This document shows, in pieces, positions 18,878 through 31,825 of a DNA stretch of 64,000 nucleotides. Both the position numbers and the translations under genes were made by a program. Source of the DNA: Escherichia coli (GTDB lineage: Bacteria > Bacillota_I > Bacilli_A > RFN20 > CAG-826); NCBI GenBank assembly GCA_963630675.1, contig CAVGNR010000001.1, forward strand, positions 101,807 to 165,806, given 5' to 3'. Below the pieces are notes generated by a model. It was not told the DNA's origin. It made no database searches and saw nothing but the letters and a program-made list of their open reading frames with translations. Each line of letters begins with the position of its first letter. The stretch's first letter is position 1.

Positions 18878-21079
18878 TCAATAATCTAGGGGGTCAACGT
18901 TAACACGGAGGTCCACTCCTGAAATTCCATTATAACGGGACAAAAGAGCTTCTAAAGCTCCTTCGATCGTTTCTCTTTTCTTAAATTTTAGGAGCAAAAC
19001 CCGCTTATATTTACCTTGATTCAACGAATAATATGGGACAATAGGGCCCACTATCTCTAGATTTTCTAGATGTAGATTATTCATTTCTTTTTTGAAATCA
19101 TAGGCTGCACCCATGAGTTTTTCTTCATTCGCGCCTTGGAATTCAAGAAGAATGAGATTGAAATAAGGTGGATATTTGGTGATCTTTCTTTGTTTCATTT
19201 CTTGAATGAAGAAATTGTCGTAGTCTTGTTTTGCGCCTAATTGGATAGCGTAATGACCTGGATTATAGGTTTGAATCATCGCTTCGCCTGTTTTCTCTGA
19301 GCGTCCGCTTCTTCCAACGGCTTGAGCAATGAGTTGGAAAGTCCTTTCGGCTGCACGGTAGGTAGGCAAAGACAAACCGATATCAGCTAAAACAACAGCA
19401 CTTAACGTAACCAAAGGAAAATCGTGGCCTTTTGCAATCATTTGGGTGCCAACAAGGATGTCGTATTTCCCATCATGGAACTCTTTGAGTATTTTTTCGA
19501 CATTTTTTGAGACTTTCCCAACGTCTGAGTCCATTCTTGCGACCCTGACTCCTGGAAAAAGATCTTCTAATTCTTTGACGACCCTTTCTGTACCATAGCC
19601 GATTCTTCTAAGTTTGCTATTGCCGCATTCTGGACAATAAGCAGGGAAAAGAGAAACGTAGCCACAATGGTGGCATTTTAACATGTTATCTTCCGAATGG
19701 TAGGTAAGATTCCCTCCACAATTAGGACAAGTGAATATATAGCCACATTTTGGACAATTGACTCCCGTCCAATAGCCACGGCGATTGATAAGCAAAAGGA
19801 TTTGCTCGTGTTTCGACAGTTTTTCTCGAATTTTAGTTTGCAAAGGAAGGGAAAGCTTTTCACTAGAACCGTTGAAGTTTCTTCGGTCAGTTAAATCTAC
19901 GATGTAGGTTTTAGGGAGAGCTTTTTTGTTTACCCTTTCTTTCATTTCCGCATAACCATAAACACCACGAAGGGCCCTGGCTTTGCTTTCAAGGGTTGGG
20001 GTTGCAGAGCCTAAAAGAACCTTGCAGCCTTCCATTTCTCCTCTCATAATCGCCACTTCTCTAGCGTGATAATAAGGCGCATTATCTTGCTTATAAGATT
20101 CAACGTGCTCTTCGTCTAGGATGATAAGGCCAATGTTCTTTAAAGGCGCAAAAACCGCACTTCTAGCCCCCACGACAATAGAAGCCTCTCCTCTAGCAAT
20201 CCTTCGGTATTCATCATAACGTTCCGCTGGGGTTAATTCAGAATGAAGAATGGCAATCTTGTTGCCAAAACGTCTCGAAAAATATTCCACCATGCGGGGA
20301 GTTAAATTGATTTCAGGAACGAGCATTAAAACCGTTTTCCCTTGTTGAAAAATAGTTTCTGAAAGACGGAGATATACTTCCGTTTTTCCAGATCCGGTAA
20401 CCCCTTGAAGGAGAATAACGGATTTTGAGGAAGACAATATGTCTTCGTAAGCTTTCTTTTGCAAAGGGGTCATTTCATGAATTTCTTCTCGTTCGGCAAG
20501 AGGAATTTGGTAACGCTCTTTTTCTTTTTTAAAAAGTCTTATTTTCCCTTTTTCGATGAGTTTTTCAACAACGGAAGGCGATCCTGCTTCTTTTTTCAAA
20601 ATCGGAGAGTTTTTAGAAATAAGACGAAGGATCTCGATTTGCTTGTCGGTTAGTCCATCCTCTTTCTTATCAAGGATTTCTAAGTATTTCTCATAGGCAA
20701 TCTTTGGTCCACGCAAAGAAGAACTTTTCGGGGACAAAGTAATAGGCAACATGGTTTGAATGACACTGATAAGAGGTGAGCAATAATAACTTGCCACCTT
20801 CTTAGCAAGCAGAAACATATTTTCGTCGATTAAAGGCTCTATATCGACAACATCTTCCTCTTGAATCATTTTAAGAGGATAGCCTTTTTCTTCTGAAAGT
20901 TCTTCTACCGACTTGCTTGTCTCTTCGCTAGATAAAATGAATCCCATGACTAAACGGCCATGAAAATCAATTTTGATACGGAAACGAGGACCAATAGGTC
21001 TACTTCCGTTATATAAATACGAAAATGTCCGATCCAAGGATCTTGTTCCGTATTCTGTTAAAACCTCGAGTATTTTCAC
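18878..21079 (-). CDS. priA: Primosomal replication-restart helicase PriA
   Basis: 733 aa with Walker A (GVTGSGKTEVY), DEEH box and the CxxC zinc-finger cluster (CPKCG...CPNCG...CHHCG...CPECG). Confidence 0.95.
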   Translation of the reverse strand: MKILEVLTEYGTRSLDRTFSYLYNGSRPIGPRFRIKIDFHGRLVMGFILSSEETSKSVEELSEEKGYPLKMIQEEDVVDIEPLIDENMFLLAKKVASYYCSPLISVIQTMLPITLSPKSSSLRGPKIAYEKYLEILDKKEDGLTDKQIEILRLISKNSPILKKEAGSPSVVEKLIEKGKIRLFKKEKERYQIPLAEREEIHEMTPLQKKAYEDILSSSKSVILLQGVTGSGKTEVYLRLSETIFQQGKTVLMLVPEINLTPRMVEYFSRRFGNKIAILHSELTPAERYDEYRRIARGEASIVVGARSAVFAPLKNIGLIILDEEHVESYKQDNAPYYHAREVAIMRGEMEGCKVLLGSATPTLESKARALRGVYGYAEMKERVNKKALPKTYIVDLTDRRNFNGSSEKLSLPLQTKIREKLSKHEQILLLINRRGYWTGVNCPKCGYIFTCPNCGGNLTYHSEDNMLKCHHCGYVSLFPAYCPECGNSKLRRIGYGTERVVKELEDLFPGVRVARMDSDVGKVSKNVEKILKEFHDGKYDILVGTQMIAKGHDFPLVTLSAVVLADIGLSLPTYRAAERTFQLIAQAVGRSGRSEKTGEAMIQTYNPGHYAIQLGAKQDYDNFFIQEMKQRKITKYPPYFNLILLEFQGANEEKLMGAAYDFKKEMNNLHLENLEIVGPIVPYYSLNQGKYKRVLLLKFKKRETIEGALEALLSRYNGISGVDLRVNVDPLDY

Positions 21080-21097
21080 AAGGATATTATAACTTAA

Positions 21098-21673
21098 TTA
21101 ATTAGCTTCCGACTCTTTCTTAATGATTGAAGCAATTTCTAAAGCGCAGCGATCTAAGTCATCATTAACGACAACATAGCGGTAGTCTTTTTGAAGCTCG
21201 ATTTCATGACGAGCTTGAAGAAGTCTCTTTTGAATACTTTCTTCCGTTTCCGTGGATCTTCCACAAATTCTTTTTTCTAATTCTTCAAAAGATGGAGGCA
21301 AAATGAAAATCGAAAGGACATTCTCTTTCCCCATAGCATGCATGACTTGCTCTGCGCCATTAACGTCGATTTCAAGTAAGACGTTATATCCTTTTTCACG
21401 CATCTCTTCCACTTTCGCTTTCGGAGTGCCGTAATAATTATTCACGTATTGGTTGGACTCTAAAAGGCCGCCCTCGTCACGAGTTTTTAGGAATTCTTCT
21501 TTTGTAACATAAAAATATTCCCTGCCATTCATCTCACCTGGGCGAATAGAACGGGTTGTCATAGAAACGGAGAACCATAGATTAAGGTCATTTTCCTTCA
21601 TGATTCGTTGACGAATGGTGCCCTTCCCAACGCCAGAAGGACCAGAAATGATAATCAGTAAGCCTTTTTTCAT
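21098..21673 (-). CDS. gmk: Guanylate kinase
   Basis: 191 aa with the GPSGVGKGT P-loop. Confidence 0.93.
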   Translation of the reverse strand: MKKGLLIIISGPSGVGKGTIRQRIMKENDLNLWFSVSMTTRSIRPGEMNGREYFYVTKEEFLKTRDEGGLLESNQYVNNYYGTPKAKVEEMREKGYNVLLEIDVNGAEQVMHAMGKENVLSIFILPPSFEELEKRICGRSTETEESIQKRLLQARHEIELQKDYRYVVVNDDLDRCALEIASIIKKESEAN

Positions 21674-21740
21674 GCAAAGAATTTAGCATTTTTGCGAGGA
21701 AAGAGCAATATTGGCTTATCTTTTCGTTATAATATTGGAC

Positions 21741-23165
21741 ATGAATTTCAAGGCATTAAAAGCAAATCAATTGAATCAATATGTCCCTTTCTTAAAAAAG
21801 GAAATCGAAGGCAAATACCTATCCTCCCCTATCTTATATACAAAGGATACCTTCCTCTTTCACGTTTCTGGCAAAGGATATCACACCTTGGTTATTTGCT
21901 TAGATGGAACTTCCCCTCGAGTATATTTAAGCGAAGAGGGATTAGAAGGAACATCTTTGGATGACAAATTTTTAAGCGTCTTAAAAAAGGAATGCGGGAA
22001 TGCCTATATTACTTCTATTTCTCAATTCGAGGGGGACCGTGTACTCAAATTCGATTTTCTTTCATTGAATTCCGTTTTCAAAGAAGAGAAGAAATCGATA
22101 TATATTGAACTATTGCCTCACCATCCAAATTTCATATTGGTTGATGGGGATAACAAAATTATCGCCGCTTATCGAAGCTCTACCCTTGATGATAAAAGAC
22201 CGGTTATGAAAGGATTAACCTATCAGCCTTTGGAACATCCTTCATTTGTTATGGAACCCCTCCCTTTTTCTTTAGAAGAATATCAAAGGGCCTGTAAAGA
22301 AGAAGAAAACGTGCTTGCTCAAAAAAGGAAAATGGAACGTTTCGGATACGCTTTCACTTATTTTAAGAACCGTGAAAAAATGCTTACACGAAAGCTTTCC
22401 TACCTTCAAAAAGACGAGGAGGAAGCCAAGAAACATCTTAACGATGGCGAAAAAGGGGAAGCCATATACATTTGTTATTCTTCTATCAATAACCGACAAG
22501 GCTCTTTTGAATATGAAGGCTTAAAAGTTGAATTGGATCCATCTAAGAGTTTATCAATGAATGCAGAAACGTATTTTAAACGTGCGAAAAAAGCAAAAGA
22601 AACGCTTCATCAATGTAATAAATTCAAAGAAGAAACCGAAAAAGAATTAGCGGATATAAGAGCCAGCTTAGCTCAATTAGAGGTTGCAAATGAAGCAGGT
22701 CTTGAGCTTTTAGCAAAAGACTTTAAGATTCCGATGAATAAATCCAAAAAAGAAAATGGTAAGACTTCTTGTTCTTTAAGTAGTGAAACCATCCCTTATT
22801 TCATTGAAATTAACGGAACGAAATTTCTTTTTGGGAAAAGTGCAAAGCAAAACGCTTTTTTAACTTTCCTTTATGACACATCAAAGGAACATTACTGGTT
22901 CCATATTGCTTCACGAAGTGGCTCTCATGTCATCATTAAAAAAGAAAATCCTAGCGAAGAAGAAATGCGTATTGCCGCAGAAATATGTTTAATAAATTCT
23001 TCGGAAGAGGATGGAGACGTTCTTTATACCAAAAGAAAATATATCCGTAAGGGACCTGCCTTAGGCGAAGCTATTTTAAAAGAACACAAAACAATTCATT
23101 TAAAGAATGTTTCTAAAACAACAAAAGAATTTTTAAGCAAGGCGAAGCATGTAGAGCTTCGTTAA
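21741..23165 (+). CDS. NFACT-family protein (RqcH / fibronectin-binding protein A-like)
   Basis: NFACT-N-like N-terminus, a central coiled coil, and a C-terminal NFACT-R region (HYWFHIASRSGSHVIIK). Start taken at MNFKALKANQL; the track ORF begins at 21711. Confidence 0.7.
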   Translation: MNFKALKANQLNQYVPFLKKEIEGKYLSSPILYTKDTFLFHVSGKGYHTLVICLDGTSPRVYLSEEGLEGTSLDDKFLSVLKKECGNAYITSISQFEGDRVLKFDFLSLNSVFKEEKKSIYIELLPHHPNFILVDGDNKIIAAYRSSTLDDKRPVMKGLTYQPLEHPSFVMEPLPFSLEEYQRACKEEENVLAQKRKMERFGYAFTYFKNREKMLTRKLSYLQKDEEEAKKHLNDGEKGEAIYICYSSINNRQGSFEYEGLKVELDPSKSLSMNAETYFKRAKKAKETLHQCNKFKEETEKELADIRASLAQLEVANEAGLELLAKDFKIPMNKSKKENGKTSCSLSSETIPYFIEINGTKFLFGKSAKQNAFLTFLYDTSKEHYWFHIASRSGSHVIIKKENPSEEEMRIAAEICLINSSEEDGDVLYTKRKYIRKGPALGEAILKEHKTIHLKNVSKTTKEFLSKAKHVELR

Positions 23166-24985
23166 TCTTTTTTCTCGTCGACCGCTTTTTCCTTTGGCTT
23201 GGAAACAAAATAACGCACGATTTTAATTAGCCAAACAAATAAGAATATAAAGACAACGCCTGAAGCTGCGCCAGCCGTATCGATTCCAATATCGCTCCAC
23301 TCTCCGAATCTTCCCGGCACAAAGTATTGGATAAGTTCTGTAATACTTGCAAAAACAAATCCCCAAAGAAGAGAAAACGAAGCGCTAATAAGCCCATGTC
23401 TATCTTTTAAAAAGAAATAAAGGAAAAGAAATAAAAACATAGCATCAAAAGAAAAGGCTAAGAAATGTCCGAAGCTTTTACGTATAAAAGATGAAAAGAC
23501 ATCATTTTGAGCATCTAGCTGAACTCTTCCTTTGGCAACGTTAGCCTGGATTTCATACCAAAAATTTTCATTAAGAACCGCTTGGACTTTGATTTTCCAT
23601 TCTCCAGGGCTAAGAAAAGTCACGTACCCTTCACTTGTTACCAATCGATCAAAACGGACAGCTCTATCTTCGGAAAAAAGGCTAACTTTTGTTTGACTAT
23701 ACGAAACGTATTTATTCGTTTTCCAAAAACGACAGGAAATAAGGTTCTTTTTGCCTGTGACAAAGTCAAGATGAACAACGCTGCCAACTTTTTTTGAAAC
23801 CTCTTTGTTGTTTATATAGAGAGTCATGGTGTCTGGTAAAATCGTGGCAAATTCAAGGGGTATATTCATTTCTGCGTTCGGGTTACTAGAAGAGAAGACC
23901 CTTAAAAAGAAAGGATGACTCACGTTCCGGAGACCTTTTATATAGCAAGCGTTTTTCCCTTGGCGAAACACCCTTGCTGCCATGTTTTCTTTTTCCCCTT
24001 TGTCATCCACAATCTCAAAAGAAAAAGAATCATCTAGTTCCGTATCTTCAAAATGAAAAGTATAGGTAACCTCACTATGATTGTAGTTTAAATCAAAAAT
24101 CCCTAAATCCACGTCTGTTTTGCTGAAGCTAAATGAGGCATTATTAGGGACAGCCTTATTTGTCCCTGAAATGGTCACGTCAAAAGTAAAAGGCCCATAA
24201 TGGACTTTCGTTTTTCCTTCTTTTTTGCCTGTAATTACACCGAACTTACTTATTTCGCATACGCTTTTATCTTCGACGGAATGCGATACTTTTTCGATGT
24301 CATAATAACGCGAAAGAAATTCGTTTCGATTTGTGTTTTTTGGATAAGTTTTATCCTTTTTAACACCATCGTCCATACGAATATCAAGCGGATATGATTC
24401 ATTCACCTTAAGGTTTAAAGAAGAGGGCGTACTCGTAAATAACAAATTGTTTTTAGGCGCTGGCAAAGGAACAACATCGAAACGAAATTCTTTGGAGAAA
24501 ACCTTATCGCAACAAACCTGAAAAGAGCAGTCTTTAGCTTCTTCTTTTGCCACGATATAGAAAACAGGCGAAGTCTCATCATCTCTTGAAAGTTGATACA
24601 CGTCTTGGCTATTTTGCTCTCCGCTTCCTCTTTTGAGAGTTAATTTTTTGTATTCAGTTTCTCCCTCTTTTAGCTCAGGATAGGACAATTTGTATTTAAC
24701 GGTTGCTCCTGAAGAAACAGGAAGAATGTATTTATCGCCTTCTTTTGGAAGAACGGTATTTTCATAAGATAGGTCAATGGAAATTGGATCAACGTATCGA
24801 ACGACGTTTTGAGGACGAAAGATAGCAACAAAGTCTAAAAGGATATCCGTAAAGTTATGCGAGTGGTCGGCTGAAATGCTTCCAGGGATGCAACTTTCAA
24901 TAATTAGAACCAAGGTAGACAAAATCCACATCCCAAAAAGAAGATAGACGTATGGTTTTTGATTTTTAAATGATGGTTTCCTCAT
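23162..24985 (-). CDS. Membrane protein with large extracytoplasmic domain and C-terminal VanZ-like domain
   Basis: 607 aa. N-terminal TM segment, then about 470 aa that look beta-rich. The C-terminal 4-TM region carries the VanZ-like motif ELIQYFVPGRFGEWSDIGIDTAGAASG. Confidence 0.6.
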   Translation of the reverse strand: MRKPSFKNQKPYVYLLFGMWILSTLVLIIESCIPGSISADHSHNFTDILLDFVAIFRPQNVVRYVDPISIDLSYENTVLPKEGDKYILPVSSGATVKYKLSYPELKEGETEYKKLTLKRGSGEQNSQDVYQLSRDDETSPVFYIVAKEEAKDCSFQVCCDKVFSKEFRFDVVPLPAPKNNLLFTSTPSSLNLKVNESYPLDIRMDDGVKKDKTYPKNTNRNEFLSRYYDIEKVSHSVEDKSVCEISKFGVITGKKEGKTKVHYGPFTFDVTISGTNKAVPNNASFSFSKTDVDLGIFDLNYNHSEVTYTFHFEDTELDDSFSFEIVDDKGEKENMAARVFRQGKNACYIKGLRNVSHPFFLRVFSSSNPNAEMNIPLEFATILPDTMTLYINNKEVSKKVGSVVHLDFVTGKKNLISCRFWKTNKYVSYSQTKVSLFSEDRAVRFDRLVTSEGYVTFLSPGEWKIKVQAVLNENFWYEIQANVAKGRVQLDAQNDVFSSFIRKSFGHFLAFSFDAMFLFLFLYFFLKDRHGLISASFSLLWGFVFASITELIQYFVPGRFGEWSDIGIDTAGAASGVVFIFLFVWLIKIVRYFVSKPKEKAVDEKKD

Positions 24986-25030
24986 TTTTTCCTAAAAAAA
25001 TATATCACAAAAGGTGTTAAAATAGCACAT

Positions 25031-25855
25031 ATGAAGAAGAGTTTTTCATTCATTTGTTTATTGCCTATTCTCCTTTTCTCTTGTAAAGAAGAAAAAGGAA
25101 AATTGGACCCAAATAAAAGTTTTGATTTATGTCGGAATGGGGATTTGTTAGTCAAAAAGTATCAAGATCCTACTTATGATGACCTTGGGAATGAAATTTC
25201 TTCCACCTATCTAGAGAAATCTCTTGAAGCGGGAGAGAGCGTTACTTTCATTAAAACTTCCAAGACCTGCCACACTTGTCAAATTTTCCAGGATACGTTT
25301 GTTTCTTTTGTGGAAGATTATCAATTAGATGTTGCTGTTTTTTCGTCAAATAACCAAGACATGTATCAGTTTCGCGATAAAATTCGTTCTCTTTTTGCAG
25401 AAGATGAGATTGAAGAAGATGAATCCCATCCTTTCTTCAAAAATACGCCAAGCTGGTATTTTGCATCCCAAAAAGGGAAGGTACGTATAGCGAATTGGGG
25501 CGCAGAAACAAGAAAAGCATTGGAAAGAAATTATTTCTCTCAGGCATCTTTAACGAATATCTATAAGTTTTCTTCTCTTACCTATCTTAAAAAAGCATTA
25601 GAAACAAATGAAGATACTCTCCTATACCGTCTTGATTATGAAGATGACTCTTCCTTTTCTTTCTATCAGAAATCCCTTTTTCCTTTAGCAAAAGAAAGCA
25701 CACGCTCCACTTATGTTTTGGATATGTCACGTTTAAATGAAGAAGAGAAGAAAGAAGCAGACGCTTATTTCGGTGAATACGATCTTATTTATAAGGAAGA
25801 AAAAAAGAGCGTTCAGGATCTCTCCTCAAACACTCTTTTAGAAAAATATTATTGA
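25031..25855 (+). CDS. Lipoprotein with thioredoxin-like CxxC motif
   Basis: Signal peptide with lipobox (LLFSC). SKTCHTCQIF lies in a position compatible with a thioredoxin fold. Confidence 0.55.
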   Translation: MKKSFSFICLLPILLFSCKEEKGKLDPNKSFDLCRNGDLLVKKYQDPTYDDLGNEISSTYLEKSLEAGESVTFIKTSKTCHTCQIFQDTFVSFVEDYQLDVAVFSSNNQDMYQFRDKIRSLFAEDEIEEDESHPFFKNTPSWYFASQKGKVRIANWGAETRKALERNYFSQASLTNIYKFSSLTYLKKALETNEDTLLYRLDYEDDSSFSFYQKSLFPLAKESTRSTYVLDMSRLNEEEKKEADAYFGEYDLIYKEEKKSVQDLSSNTLLEKYY

Positions 25856-25856
25856 T

Positions 25857-27077
25857 TTATTTCTTTGCCCGAACGAATTTATCAAATTCCAAGCCTTCTT
25901 CAATTGTTTTGAATTTGGCGTAGAAATAATCGTCTCCCATAGCATCTGCCATATGTTTCGGATAGACGCCATGTGCGCATAAGGATGAGCCGTATTTCGA
26001 AAAAATCTCTTCTTGGGAATGAAGGTAATTGAGTTCGTCTCTTCTAGATACCGAGAAAGCGTAGAATTTTTCTTTTCCCATATCTTGGAGGTTCTTATCA
26101 TAAGCGATGACATCCGCATAGATTTCATAGCAAGAGACGGAATTAGCGAAATTAATGAGGTCTGGCGTATATCCTCCAGCTGGTCTCATGTTGCATTCTA
26201 AGGCGACGAATTCTCCCTTTTTAGCAAATCCTTCTTTGTCTTTCTTCAAAACAAAGAATTCGATATGGAAGAAACGTTTCTTAATGCCAAAAGCTTTAAC
26301 GGTAGCAATACCCGCTTTTAGGAAAGCATCCCTATCCACATCAGGGAAAGGCAAAGAGAAGGGGGACGTGTAGTAATATTCGTCTTTGGCTTCGTTTACA
26401 ACATCCGCAACCGGAGTAGGAAAATGATCGCAGGTTGCAAAAACCACATCGGAATGAGAATCGCAAATGCCATCAAAAGAAATGATCTCACCGTCGATAA
26501 ATTCTTCAACAATGAAGGTTTCTGGCAAGGTTTCTTTAAGGAAATTACGTAGCTCTTCTTCGTTAGAAATTGCATGGCTTTCTGCTGCGCCAACACCAAT
26601 ATTTGGCTTCATAAAAAGAGGCCAGCCCACTTCTTTAGCAAAAGAAAGAGCTTTTTCAATATCCTTTGGGCCATCCACAAGAATATAACGCATGGTTTTT
26701 ACACCTGCTTTTTGGAAAGATTCTTTCATGGCCGATTTAGCTTTGATTTTCTCCATCTCTTCTGGGAAGAAACCACTGGTAATGTTTAATTCTTTCCTAA
26801 GCCTTGCGTCTTGATAAAGCCACCACTCATTATCCGATTCAAGATAATCGATCTTGCCATATTTTCTTTCGAAATAACGGCAGGCTTTTAGCATTTCGTC
26901 AAAATTTGCAAGATTAGGAAGGAAATAATATTCCGTTAAAGCGTTTCTAAGACGTATGGAGGTGTCGTTATAAGGCGTATCACCAATTCCTAAAACAGTG
27001 ATGCCTCTTTCTTTTAAAGCCTCTACCCATTTGAAATAACGGTAAGGATAATTTGGAGAAATGAAAATGAAATTCAC
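25857..27077 (-). CDS. ATP-grasp domain protein (carboxylate-amine ligase type, substrate unknown)
   Basis: 406 aa. The central region resembles an ATP-grasp fold (WPLFMKPNIGVGAAESH, EEFIDGE, ECNMRPAGG). Lies 5 nt downstream of atpC. Confidence 0.65.
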   Translation of the reverse strand: MNFIFISPNYPYRYFKWVEALKERGITVLGIGDTPYNDTSIRLRNALTEYYFLPNLANFDEMLKACRYFERKYGKIDYLESDNEWWLYQDARLRKELNITSGFFPEEMEKIKAKSAMKESFQKAGVKTMRYILVDGPKDIEKALSFAKEVGWPLFMKPNIGVGAAESHAISNEEELRNFLKETLPETFIVEEFIDGEIISFDGICDSHSDVVFATCDHFPTPVADVVNEAKDEYYYTSPFSLPFPDVDRDAFLKAGIATVKAFGIKKRFFHIEFFVLKKDKEGFAKKGEFVALECNMRPAGGYTPDLINFANSVSCYEIYADVIAYDKNLQDMGKEKFYAFSVSRRDELNYLHSQEEIFSKYGSSLCAHGVYPKHMADAMGDDYFYAKFKTIEEGLEFDKFVRAKK

Positions 27078-27082
27078 GATGA

Positions 27083-27462
27083 TTACCCCTCCTTTAAAGT
27101 TTTCTTAATTTTATAGGATGCTGTCTTAACATCTCTATCATTATCATAAAAAGAAACAAACGGAGGTTCTTTAAGAAGTTTCTTTGCTTCTTCTTCGTTT
27201 TTAGCAGGAAAAGCTTTCTCGGTTAAGATGATGGTTTTTTCTTTTTTGACTTCCACCGCTCCAAAAGAGATGGCGAAAAAGCGTTCCTCATGGTTTGGAA
27301 GAACGATTTTTAAAACTCCTTTATCGGCTAAAGGGGAAATTAAAGTCGTGTATCCAGGCATTAAGCCAAGAACGCCTTTTTTGGAAGGAACGGAAACATA
27401 GCTTGTTTCTCCTTCAAAAGCCAATCCTTCGGGGGTAAGAATGTTTAAAAGAAGGGTAGCCA

Positions 27463-27463
<1 letters not shown>
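27083..27463 (-). CDS. atpC: F1 ATP synthase epsilon subunit
   Basis: 126 aa in the last position of the atp operon, with an epsilon-like N-terminal beta domain. Confidence 0.88.
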
Positions 27464-29765
<2,302 letters not shown>

Positions 29766-29770
29766 ATAAA

Positions 29771-31279
29771 TCAGTTCTTCCTATTCTTTTTAAAGGTTTC
29801 GATAGCATTTGAAAGAGCCTTTTCAGTTTCTTTGCTGAAGGCTTTTTCTTTATTTAAAGATTCTAAGATCTCTGGACAAGAGCCTTTGACGTAACGAAGC
29901 AAATCAGCCAAGAACGGACTAACTTCTTCTAAAGATAAATCATCCAAGAAACCGCGATTGACAGCGAAAAGTTGAATGATTTCATCAAACATATCCATTG
30001 GTGCCCAATTCTTTTGCTTCAATGCTTCCATAACAATGGCGCCATGGGTGAGAATACGTTTCGTTTCATTGTCCAAATCCGATCCGAATTGAGCAAAGGA
30101 AAGGTTTTCTCTATAGTTGGCAAGTTCGATTTTCAAAGATTTAGAGACTTGTTTCATTGCCTTAATCTGAGCACTAGAGCCAACACGGGAAACAGACAAC
30201 CCCGAATCAACTGCAGGTCTTTGACCGGCGTTAAAGTAGTCGCCAATTAAGAAAATCTGACCATCGGTAATGGAAATGACGTTTGTTGGAATATAAGCAG
30301 AAATATCTCCCGCTTGGGTTTCAATGATCGGAAGAGCGGTGATAGAGCCTCCACCGTATTCTGGTGCAAGTTTACAAGCTCTTTCGAGTAAACGAGAATG
30401 CAGATAGAAAATATCGCCTGGATAAGCTTCACGTCCTGGCGCTCTTCTTAAAAGCAAAGATAAGGTACGATAAGCGACAGCGTGCTTGGATAAATCGTCA
30501 AAAACAATAAGGACGTCTTTGCCTTCTTCCATCCACTCTTCTGCCATAGCCATTCCGGAGAATGGAGCAATGTATTGTTGTGGGGCGGATTGGGAAGCGG
30601 AAGCGTCTACGACCGTTACGTAATCAAAACAGCCTTTTTCTTTCAAGCGGTTTACGATATTTGCGACCGTGGAGTTCTTTTGACCAATAGCCACGTAAAC
30701 GCAATTCACGTTTTTGCCTTTTTGATTGACGATAGTATCGATGGCAATGGAGGTTTTGCCAGTCTGACGATCGCCGATGATAAGCTCACGTTGACCACGG
30801 CCGATTGGAATCATCGAGTCAATCGCTTTAATACCTGTTGCTAAAGGTGTATCAACGGATTTTCTCGTCATAACACCTGGGGCGATTCTTTCGATTGGTC
30901 GCGTTTTGTTATAGGAAATAGGTCCCATTTCATCAAGAGGAATACCTAAAGGCGAAACGACTCTTCCTAAAAGCCCGTCACCAACAGGGACTTCCACGAC
31001 GCGTTTTGTTCTTTTAACCACGTCCCCTTCCTTTAAAGAAAGATCACTTCCTAAAAGGACGGCTCCAACATCATCAGCGTTTAAATTCATGACCATGCCA
31101 TAGATGTCATTTGGGAATAAAAGGAGTTCTCCAAGCATGGCATCTTTCAATCCATACACGGAAGCAATTCCGTCTCCAACAGAAATGACAGTGCCTACAT
31201 CATCCGATTCAATTTGACCGGCAAAGGTCTTTATTTGCTCTTTGATTAAAGTGCTTATTTGATTGGTGTCTAGCTTCAT
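29771..31279 (-). CDS. atpA: F1 ATP synthase alpha subunit
   Basis: 502 aa with the [12 protein letters not shown]-loop. Confidence 0.97.
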   Translation of the reverse strand: MKLDTNQISTLIKEQIKTFAGQIESDDVGTVISVGDGIASVYGLKDAMLGELLLFPNDIYGMVMNLNADDVGAVLLGSDLSLKEGDVVKRTKRVVEVPVGDGLLGRVVSPLGIPLDEMGPISYNKTRPIERIAPGVMTRKSVDTPLATGIKAIDSMIPIGRGQRELIIGDRQTGKTSIAIDTIVNQKGKNVNCVYVAIGQKNSTVANIVNRLKEKGCFDYVTVVDASASQSAPQQYIAPFSGMAMAEEWMEEGKDVLIVFDDLSKHAVAYRTLSLLLRRAPGREAYPGDIFYLHSRLLERACKLAPEYGGGSITALPIIETQAGDISAYIPTNVISITDGQIFLIGDYFNAGQRPAVDSGLSVSRVGSSAQIKAMKQVSKSLKIELANYRENLSFAQFGSDLDNETKRILTHGAIVMEALKQKNWAPMDMFDEIIQLFAVNRGFLDDLSLEEVSPFLADLLRYVKGSCPEILESLNKEKAFSKETEKALSNAIETFKKNRKN

Positions 31280-31821
31280 TTGAGGCCTCCTTTAAGTAAT
31301 TTCTTACGTAAGGTTTCAATCTTGTTTTCCACGGATCCGTCATAGATTTTTCCGTCTAAAACAATTCGTACCCCACCGATAAGATTGTGGTCAATTTTAT
31401 TTTTGAGAGAGACTTTGCAAGAAAGTTTATCCTCCAAGGTTTTCTCAAGTTTAGAAATTTCTTCTTCCGTAAGACGTGAAGTTGAATAAATGAGTCCTTC
31501 TTTGACACCCAAATATTCATTGCACATTCCGTAGAAAGCTTCCGAAATCTCTGGGATAGAAGAAATAAGATGTTTGGAAACTAGAAGCTTTAAGAAGGGT
31601 AAAAGAGAGGGACTCTCTAATCCTTTAAACGCTTCATCCAAAAGATGATAGATGTCTTCGTGGGAAACTTTATAAGAGGAAAAGCATTCCAAAAACATTG
31701 GATCACCCGTCAGGATCTTTTCCACCTCTTTGATTTCTTTACGATATGTCGCGACTTTCTTTTCGTCTTTCGCCAAAGAGAAAAGAGCAGCGGCATAGTT
31801 TACGAAAACTTCATCTTTCAT
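31276..31821 (-). CDS. atpH: F1 ATP synthase delta (OSCP) subunit
   Basis: 181 aa, located between atpF and atpA. OSCP-like, with C-terminal [15 protein letters not shown]. Confidence 0.85.
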   Translation of the reverse strand: MKDEVFVNYAAALFSLAKDEKKVATYRKEIKEVEKILTGDPMFLECFSSYKVSHEDIYHLLDEAFKGLESPSLLPFLKLLVSKHLISSIPEISEAFYGMCNEYLGVKEGLIYSTSRLTEEEISKLEKTLEDKLSCKVSLKNKIDHNLIGGVRIVLDGKIYDGSVENKIETLRKKLLKGGLK

Positions 31822-31825
31822 ACCT

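Noticed and set aside
26358-26373. Exact 16-mer AAGGGGGACGTGTAGT shared between 26358-26373 (inside the ATP-grasp gene) and 35900-35915 (just 3' of the 372-aa ORF). A related GGAGGGAGACGTGTAC lies near 60345.
   Set aside because: Roughly one exact 16-mer match is expected by chance in 64 kb when both strands are counted. The similarity does not extend into the flanks.
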